This document shows positions 57,706-64,000 of a stretch of 64,000 bases of DNA, in pieces. Under the pieces are notes generated by a model that had not been told where the DNA came from, did no database searches, and saw only the letters and a program-made list of their open reading frames with translations. The position numbers and the translations under genes were made by a program. Every line of letters starts with the position of its first letter. Position 1 is the first letter of the stretch. Source of the stretch: Parcubacteria group bacterium (GTDB lineage Bacteria > Patescibacteriota > Minisyncoccia > 2-02-FULL-40-12 > IGHO2-01-FULL-4-A); assembly GCA_043821485.1 (NCBI GenBank), contig JBDRCU010000037.1, positions 28,746 through 92,745 of the forward strand, written 5' to 3'.

Positions 57706-57778
57706 GGGCCCGTAGCTCAGTTGGTAGAGCGCCTCACTTGCACTGAGGAGGCCGGGGGTTCGAATCCTCTCGGGTCCA
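57706..57778 (+). tRNA. tRNA-Ala(TGC)
   Basis: G3-U70 pair, CCTCA-CT-TGC-AC-TGAGG, GTTCGAATC. Confidence 0.95.
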
Positions 57779-57780
57779 CG

Positions 57781-58104
57781 ATGAATGATAAGAAAAATAG
57801 AATTTGCGAAATTAATGTGCCAGTCAATGATAAATACTGGGATGGCTGGAGCGTACTCCACGTTTTTGTAGGAGTTCTATTGGCTTGGGTAATGAATCCA
57901 TTTATTGCGCTCTTTGTTATGATTTTGTACGAACCATTCGAAGTGCGTGTTATTTGTCCATGGATTTACAAACGCCATGGTATCGTTTTTGGAAACGAGT
58001 CTGCCAAAAATATCCTCATGGATATTATGTTTGATGCAATAGGTATCTTAATTGGCTTCTATATACTGCGAGGCGTTGTAAATTCCCCTTTCATCCTATT
58101 CTAA
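57781..58104 (+). CDS. Small membrane protein
   Basis: DGWSVLH..E..E..NESAKN..D pattern within hydrophobic helices; starts 3 nt after tRNA-Ala. Confidence 0.6.
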   Translation: MNDKKNRICEINVPVNDKYWDGWSVLHVFVGVLLAWVMNPFIALFVMILYEPFEVRVICPWIYKRHGIVFGNESAKNILMDIMFDAIGILIGFYILRGVVNSPFILF

Positions 58105-58198
58105 TTATTCGAAGTAAGTGACCTCTAGATATCTTTAATCAAAGTTTTCCATACATCCCGAAACGGTCCACCATATTGAATTAGTCGCCTCGCTCTTG

Positions 58199-58247
58199 TT
58201 GACAATAGTATATGCATCATGCTAGTATTGTAATACAAATTATTACA
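58199..58247 (+). promoter_or_regulatory. TA promoter with palindromic operator
   Basis: TTGACA...TGcTAGTAT, then TGTAATA-N5-TATTACA. Confidence 0.7.
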
Positions 58248-58262
58248 GTAAGTAGAAGGAAT

Positions 58263-58469
58263 ATGCGAAATATCATCAATATATCTCTCCCCCCAAGTCT
58301 CGCACAAACCGTACACAAGGAAGTACGCCAGGGGAAATATGCCAGTACAAGCGAATTTTTTCGCTATCTTTTGCGCAGGCATCAACTGGCACAAGAACTT
58401 AAACAAGAACGAAAAATATTTGAAAAAGGCAAAGGGAAGACTCTCAAATCACTTCGAGTCCTGCGCTAA
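58263..58469 (+). CDS. Ribbon-helix-helix antitoxin (ParD/CopG-like)
   Basis: IINISLPPSL...GKYASTSEFFRYLLR. Confidence 0.85.
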   Translation: MRNIINISLPPSLAQTVHKEVRQGKYASTSEFFRYLLRRHQLAQELKQERKIFEKGKGKTLKSLRVLR

Positions 58470-58479
58470 ATTACAGAAT

Positions 58480-58734
58480 ATGAAAATTCTCTATTTGCCC
58501 AGATTTGCCCGAGAATACAAAAAGCTCCCTGAAAATATAAAAAAGCTTGCTGAAAAAAGAGAGACAAATTTCCGTAAAAATCCTTTTAACTCAATTCTAA
58601 AAACGCATAAACTGCATGGTGAACTATCAGAATTCTGGTCTTTTTCTATTAACTGGGAATATAGAATTATTTTTGATTTTGCAGACGAGAATACCGTGAG
58701 ATTCTATAGAATCGGAACTCATGACCTTTATTAA
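58480..58734 (+). CDS. RelE/YafQ-family mRNA interferase toxin
   Basis: FAREYKKL, LKTHKLHG, WSFSINWEYRIIF, IGTHDLY. Confidence 0.88.
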   Translation: MKILYLPRFAREYKKLPENIKKLAEKRETNFRKNPFNSILKTHKLHGELSEFWSFSINWEYRIIFDFADENTVRFYRIGTHDLY

Positions 58735-58803
58735 AATTAATTTACCAAACCAAGCCTACCTGAATATGCTATAATATCTATAAAGATACTTCGTATCGTT
58801 TTT

Positions 58804-59172
58804 ATGGTATTAGTTAAATATTTAATTTGGCACTATAGTATTGCACCGCGTAATATAGTGGCCATTATGCTTAATTATGTTGTGGGAACATGGCATAACT
58901 TTTTAATTGTTAGGCATCTGCGTACACTGTTTGCTCCTTGGCATAGAACAAAGCCCGAAGAAATTCTCAAACCCAAAACACTAGGAGATAAAATGGGCAA
59001 TTTTGTCGTAGATATTTTCATAAGACTCATAGCTGCAGTACTTCGCCTTGGGATCGTACTCACTGGTTTGATATATGAGATATTAATCATCGCTGTATTT
59101 ATTGTATTCCTGGTTGTGTGGTTAGCATGGCCTGCAATATTGGTCTTATCAATTAGACAATTTTTTGTATAA
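58804..59172 (+). CDS. Small membrane protein, co-transcribed with the Clp-like ATPase
   Basis: WHY, TLFAPW motifs, hydrophobic C-terminal half; 6 nt from the next gene. Confidence 0.75.
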   Translation: MVLVKYLIWHYSIAPRNIVAIMLNYVVGTWHNFLIVRHLRTLFAPWHRTKPEEILKPKTLGDKMGNFVVDIFIRLIAAVLRLGIVLTGLIYEILIIAVFIVFLVVWLAWPAILVLSIRQFFV

Positions 59173-59178
59173 CGCAAC

Positions 59179-61677
59179 ATGAATACCAAAATATTCCAAT
59201 CAATAAAAACTTTCAAATACATTCCTCTGCGAGTAATCGTATTTTGGCGCATTGTGCTCCTTATCTTGGGCAGTGCAGGTTCAATCGGATATCTTGCTCG
59301 ATATTTTAATTATATAACTTTAGATTCCAACCTTATTGATCTCTCTACCTTCATCCTTCTTCCAATCGGAATCACAATTTTGTTCTTTGAAATCTTTTTA
59401 AAATTCCATATCATAGATCCCCCTATAAAAGACGATGCTTCTATTGAAGAACGCTTTGATTTCAATACACGAAAGATCCTTTATCACGCTTACAATATTC
59501 ATCCAAAAGGTGGCATAACAATACCAGATCTTACATTAGCACTCTTAAAAGATCCTTCTGCTCGAATCCTTTGGGCGCGCATGGGTATAAATCCTGCTGA
59601 TGTTGGGGAGTTCTTTGCTCAAAATATTAATCAGCACGAGACAAGTACTGAACAACAAAAAGACTATACCGATCTCATTGTAGCCCTAGATGTGATACGC
59701 GAGGATAGTAAATCCAAACGAATATACATGGCAGACCTCTTTGTGGTCCTTTTTGATCTTGATCCGCTATTACAACAATTCTTGCTTCAAGCCGATATCA
59801 GCAGGGAAGACCTGAGTTCCATAGCTACTTGGTATGATGCAAAAAAGCAATATATTCAACGCTCCAGACGCTTCTGGATGCGCGAGAGACAGCTTGAGAA
59901 GCGCCCAGTAGGTCTTGGCTGGGCATATGGCTATACACCCGCATTGAGCCGTTTTGCACATGATATTAGCGCCCAATTCGAGGGTACGGATAAGAAGCTC
60001 TGGCTTGTAGGACGCGAAGATGAATTAGTCCAAATAGAGCGTATCCTGTCAAGATCAAGAGAAAATAATGTCCTACTGGTTGGCCCTCCCGGAGTAGGAA
60101 AACAGACAACAGTTCATGGCCTGGCTCAACGCATAATACATAATCACAGTCTTCCTGGCCTTGCATATAAACGAGTATTTGAACTTGACGTAGCATCAAT
60201 CATGTCATCATCTTCTTCGCCTCAAGAAATCGAAGCTCTACTACTCACAGTTCTTCATGATGCTACCAAAGCGGGAAACATCATACTTTTCATAAATGAT
60301 TTTCAAAATGTAATCGGCCTTACTGACAGCATGGGCAGTACTGACATGTCAGAAATTTTAAAACCCTATCTTGAATCCAGTGCAATCCAAATCCTTGCAA
60401 CAATTGACGACGAACATTATCACACCATAGTTGAACGCAGACCGGACATACTTAAGGTTTTTGAAAAAATCGATATTGCAGAGCCTAACGAGACAGATAC
60501 AATACGTATTCTTCAAACTATGCTTCCGTACATGGAAGCTCATGAAAAAATATTAATTACGCATCAGGCATTAAGAGCTGTGGTTCTCAAATCGGGCGCA
60601 TTCATACAGGACAGGCCATTCCCTGAAAAAGCAATTGACCTGCTTACAGAAGTTGTAGCTGATGTTAAAACAGGAGACAGACAGCTTGTGCAGAAAGATG
60701 ATGTCGATAAAGTAATCAGTCAGAAGACGCACATTCCGCTTGGATCTCTCACAGAAGGCGAAAAAGAAAAACTTCAGCATCTCAAAGAACTTCTGCACGA
60801 AGATGTGGTCAATCAGGAACAAGCCGTGATAGAAGTCTCAAGAACAATTACCCGCTTGCGCGCAGGTATAACTAGCATAAAGAAGCCTGCCGGTAGTTTC
60901 CTATTTACCGGACCCACCGGAGTAGGCAAGACCTTAACTGCACGAACTCTTGCTAAAGTGTACTTCGGAAGCGAAGAGAATATGATACGTTTTGATATGT
61001 CAGAATATCAAAATTCGGATGCAATGGATCGCTTCCTTGGATCTCCTAAAACAGGAGAGGCGAGCCGATTCCTTAATGCAACCAGAGACAATCCTTATGC
61101 GGTATTACTTTTTGATGAATTCGAAAAAGCTCATCCGTCTATACATAATTTATTCTTACAAATTCTGGATGAAGGCTCTATGACAGATGCTTATGGCAAA
61201 AAAGTATCTCTCAAACAGCATATAATTATTGCTACATCGAATGCGGGGGCTGAACATATTCGTGAAATGATAAAACAGGATATTGATCCCGCATCAGAAC
61301 AAGCACAACTGATTGATTACCTATTACAAAACAGCCTATTCAGACCTGAACTTTTAAACAGGTTTGATGACGTTATAATATTTCATCCTTTAACTGATAA
61401 GCATCTCCACGAAGTTGCTTCGCGTCTTCTTGAAAAACTAGCCAAACGACTCAAAGAACAAAATTACTATCTAACTATTACTGCGGATTTAATTTCTTAC
61501 GTTGCACGCAAAGGATACAATCCACAGTTTGGCGCACGCCCTATGCAACGCTTAATACAAGATACCGCAGAGGTCTGGGTAGCAGAGGCAATACTCAATA
61601 AAAGAATCAAAAAAGGAGAGCAGTTTGAAATTGATATGAATGCTATGGAAAAGGGGCAACTGCATGATACACTGTAG
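59179..61677 (+). CDS. Clp/Hsp100 AAA+ ATPase with N-terminal TM helices
   Basis: GPPGVGKQ, FPEKAIDLL, GPTGVGKT, RFDMSEY, DEFEKAH, FRPELLNR, GARPMQR. Confidence 0.9.
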   Translation: MNTKIFQSIKTFKYIPLRVIVFWRIVLLILGSAGSIGYLARYFNYITLDSNLIDLSTFILLPIGITILFFEIFLKFHIIDPPIKDDASIEERFDFNTRKILYHAYNIHPKGGITIPDLTLALLKDPSARILWARMGINPADVGEFFAQNINQHETSTEQQKDYTDLIVALDVIREDSKSKRIYMADLFVVLFDLDPLLQQFLLQADISREDLSSIATWYDAKKQYIQRSRRFWMRERQLEKRPVGLGWAYGYTPALSRFAHDISAQFEGTDKKLWLVGREDELVQIERILSRSRENNVLLVGPPGVGKQTTVHGLAQRIIHNHSLPGLAYKRVFELDVASIMSSSSSPQEIEALLLTVLHDATKAGNIILFINDFQNVIGLTDSMGSTDMSEILKPYLESSAIQILATIDDEHYHTIVERRPDILKVFEKIDIAEPNETDTIRILQTMLPYMEAHEKILITHQALRAVVLKSGAFIQDRPFPEKAIDLLTEVVADVKTGDRQLVQKDDVDKVISQKTHIPLGSLTEGEKEKLQHLKELLHEDVVNQEQAVIEVSRTITRLRAGITSIKKPAGSFLFTGPTGVGKTLTARTLAKVYFGSEENMIRFDMSEYQNSDAMDRFLGSPKTGEASRFLNATRDNPYAVLLFDEFEKAHPSIHNLFLQILDEGSMTDAYGKKVSLKQHIIIATSNAGAEHIREMIKQDIDPASEQAQLIDYLLQNSLFRPELLNRFDDVIIFHPLTDKHLHEVASRLLEKLAKRLKEQNYYLTITADLISYVARKGYNPQFGARPMQRLIQDTAEVWVAEAILNKRIKKGEQFEIDMNAMEKGQLHDTL

Positions 61678-61694
61678 CAACGTTGTTTTATCGC

Positions 61695-63638
61695 ATGGAT
61701 AGAAAAGAAGCTATATTAAAAGATTTAAATAAAGAACAAATTAAAGCAGTCCAGACAATTACTGGACCTGTTTTAATTTTGGCTGGAGCTGGGTCAGGTA
61801 AGACCCGCGCTTTAACGCATAGAATTGCATACATGATAGAAGACGGAATAAGCCCTCATAATATTCTTGCTGTAACATTTACAAACAGAGCTGCGAAAGA
61901 GATGAAAGAACGTATTAACAAACTCTTGTCAGGCAAAGATAAGTCAGTCATGCCAGTAATAGGGACGTTTCATTCTGTATGTTTGCGCATACTGCGAGCC
62001 CAAGCACAACATCTTGGATATGATCCCGGTTTTGTAATATATGATACAGATGATCAAGTCAGTGTTGTAAAAAATATTCTGGAAAATCTTGGCATTGACC
62101 AAAAACGCTTTAAACCTCAAACAATGCTGAATAAAATTTCAACATTAAAAAATGAACTCATAACATCAGCAAAATTTGAACCAGAAGCAAATTCCTATAC
62201 ACAAAAGCTCCTTCAAACAATTTACGAAGCATACCAAGACACGCTTAAAAAAATGAATGCCATGGATTTTGATGATTTAATAATGAATTGCGTTCAATTA
62301 TTCCAAACCAATCCTGAAATTCTGGAAAAGTATCAGGACATGTTCAACTATATATTAATTGACGAATATCAGGACACCAATCATGCTCAATATGTTTGGG
62401 TTAAGCTCCTTGCACGCAAACACAGAAACGTTGCAGTCGTAGGCGACGATAATCAGAGTATTTACGGATGGAGGCAAGCCGACATACGGAATATTTTAGA
62501 TTTTGAAAAAGATTATCCGGAAGCCGTAGTCATTTCACTTGAACAGAATTACAGATCAACACAAACTATACTAGATGCAGCCAACAATGTTATTAGCAAC
62601 AACAAGATGCAGAAGCTAAAAAATCTTTGGACAGATAATTCCAAGGGCGAAGCTGTGATTATCAAAGAAGCCATGGACCATCATCAGGAAGCTAAATATA
62701 TAGTGGAAATGATACAAGGAAAACCCGAGATTCTGAAACATGGCGCAATCCTTTATCGCACTCATGCACAATCACGAAATCTTGAAGAAGCATTAGTCAG
62801 GCATGGAATTCCATATTCAATCTTTGGAGGCATTAAATTCTATGAAAGACGCGAAGTAAAAGACGTACTTGCTTATCTGCGCCTTACTCTTAATCCTCGC
62901 GATCAAGTTAGTTTTGGAAGAATCTATAACGTACCTACGCGCGGGCTTGGAGCTACAACTTACAAAAAACTCCTATCCATGGATCTGCCCCTTGATGAAT
63001 TACTTAGTTCAAACTTATTAGATAAGGAATTTAATAAAAAGCAGATTGAAAAACTTCATGCTTTAGATGAATTATTACAAAAGATAGGCAGTCAGGCTAA
63101 AACTATGCCTGCTTCAAAATTAGTCTTAAGTTTATTAAAACTGCTTGATTACAAGAGATATATAGATGACGGAACTCCGGAAGGAGAAGTTAGATGGGAT
63201 AATGTTAAAGAAATTATAACAGCAGCGCAAAAATATGATGAGATAGAACCGCCTCGCGGACTTGAGGCATTCCTTGAAGAAGTAGCTTTGCTTCAAGATA
63301 CGGATACAAAACGCGGACACGAGACAGGAATTCGCATGATGACCCTGCACTCTGCAAAAGGCCTTGAATTTGATACTGTATTTATGGTTGGTATGGAGGA
63401 AGGGATATTTCCTCATGCACGAAGCCTGTATGACGTGGACGAGCTTGAAGAAGAACGCCGTCTCTGTTATGTAGGGATTACACGGGCAGAGAGGGAACTC
63501 CATATGATCTATTGCAGACATAGAAATCTATACGGTTCTTATCAAATGAACCCTCCCTCAAGATTCATATTGGAAGTACCTGAAGAACTGATAGAATTTA
63601 AGCATATTGATGATGAGGACTATGTCGTTAAATATTAA
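61695..63638 (+). CDS. pcrA: UvrD/PcrA helicase
   Basis: AGAGSGKT, DEYQDTN, GDDNQSIYGWR, QNYRST, TLHSAKGLEF, EERRLCYVGITRA. Confidence 0.95.
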   Translation: MDRKEAILKDLNKEQIKAVQTITGPVLILAGAGSGKTRALTHRIAYMIEDGISPHNILAVTFTNRAAKEMKERINKLLSGKDKSVMPVIGTFHSVCLRILRAQAQHLGYDPGFVIYDTDDQVSVVKNILENLGIDQKRFKPQTMLNKISTLKNELITSAKFEPEANSYTQKLLQTIYEAYQDTLKKMNAMDFDDLIMNCVQLFQTNPEILEKYQDMFNYILIDEYQDTNHAQYVWVKLLARKHRNVAVVGDDNQSIYGWRQADIRNILDFEKDYPEAVVISLEQNYRSTQTILDAANNVISNNKMQKLKNLWTDNSKGEAVIIKEAMDHHQEAKYIVEMIQGKPEILKHGAILYRTHAQSRNLEEALVRHGIPYSIFGGIKFYERREVKDVLAYLRLTLNPRDQVSFGRIYNVPTRGLGATTYKKLLSMDLPLDELLSSNLLDKEFNKKQIEKLHALDELLQKIGSQAKTMPASKLVLSLLKLLDYKRYIDDGTPEGEVRWDNVKEIITAAQKYDEIEPPRGLEAFLEEVALLQDTDTKRGHETGIRMMTLHSAKGLEFDTVFMVGMEEGIFPHARSLYDVDELEEERRLCYVGITRAERELHMIYCRHRNLYGSYQMNPPSRFILEVPEELIEFKHIDDEDYVVKY

Positions 63639-64000
63639 ACAAATTTTAAGAGAATTAAAGATAACTCCCAATAAACGACTGGGACAAAATTTTCTTATGA
63701 ACGAAGGAATCTACAAAAGACTCATTGATGCAGTAGAGCCAGTTGCGGGGGACACAATAGTTGAAGTGGGTCCCGGACTTGGAACACTCACTGAATACTT
63801 AGCACAAACAAATACGAATATATTAGCTATTGAGAAGGATGCAAAGCTAGCTCAATACCTTACTGAAAAATATGAGTCTCAAAATCGCGTCACAATAATC
63901 AAAGACGATATCCTTGAATTTGATCCAGCTAAATACGGCCTCAAGACAGACAAATACAAAATCGTCGGCAACATCCCTTATTATTTAACTACCCGCCTAT
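63622..64000 (+). CDS. rsmA: 16S rRNA m6,2A dimethyltransferase (truncated at window edge)
   Basis: Manual translation: MSLNIK...KRLGQNFL...VEVGPGLGTLT...IEKD...VGNIPYY. Confidence 0.93.
   Translation, partial: MSLNIKQILRELKITPNKRLGQNFLMNEGIYKRLIDAVEPVAGDTIVEVGPGLGTLTEYLAQTNTNILAIEKDAKLAQYLTEKYESQNRVTIIKDDILEFDPAKYGLKTDKYKIVGNIPYYLTTRL

Noticed and set aside
56737-57780. ORF N-terminal extensions running through tRNA-Ile and tRNA-Ala
   Set aside because: Better starts exist downstream (56842, 57781); the extensions are chance open frames, unlike the stop-codon overlap at tRNA-Ser.

Overview
AT-rich, gene-dense bacterial chromosome segment with the hallmarks of Patescibacteria/CPR, probably Parcubacteria (OD1): a divergent 16S rRNA carrying a group I intron, a type IV pilin, a fermentative core (fba, pfkB, rpe, rpiB, split transketolase, gap), and reduced rpmF-nusB-rnc and rpsP-khpA-trmD clusters. 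Genetic code 11 gives intact ORFs. The window holds about 65 CDS, five tRNAs (Leu-CAA, Leu-CAG, Ser-TGA, Ile-GAT, Ala-TGC), one 16S gene unlinked from 23S with a LAGLIDADG-encoding intron after U1498, a complete IS3-family element and a RelE-type toxin-antitoxin pair. The most interesting signals are: (1) a free-standing HTH plus two-motif LAGLIDADG ORF whose stop codon lies inside the mature tRNA-Ser; (2) two expression styles, with leaderless-looking housekeeping genes versus scattered GC-richer orphan units that have a strong SD, usually their own promoter and terminator; (3) a GC-rich micro-transcript with two related in-frame peptides; (4) a membrane-anchored Clp/Hsp100 ATPase with a degenerate first ATPase site and a small membrane partner; (5) a candidate ECF promoter shared by the sigma gene and a SIMPL gene; and (6) several candidate structured RNAs. 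All calls come from motif recognition by eye; no searches were run.
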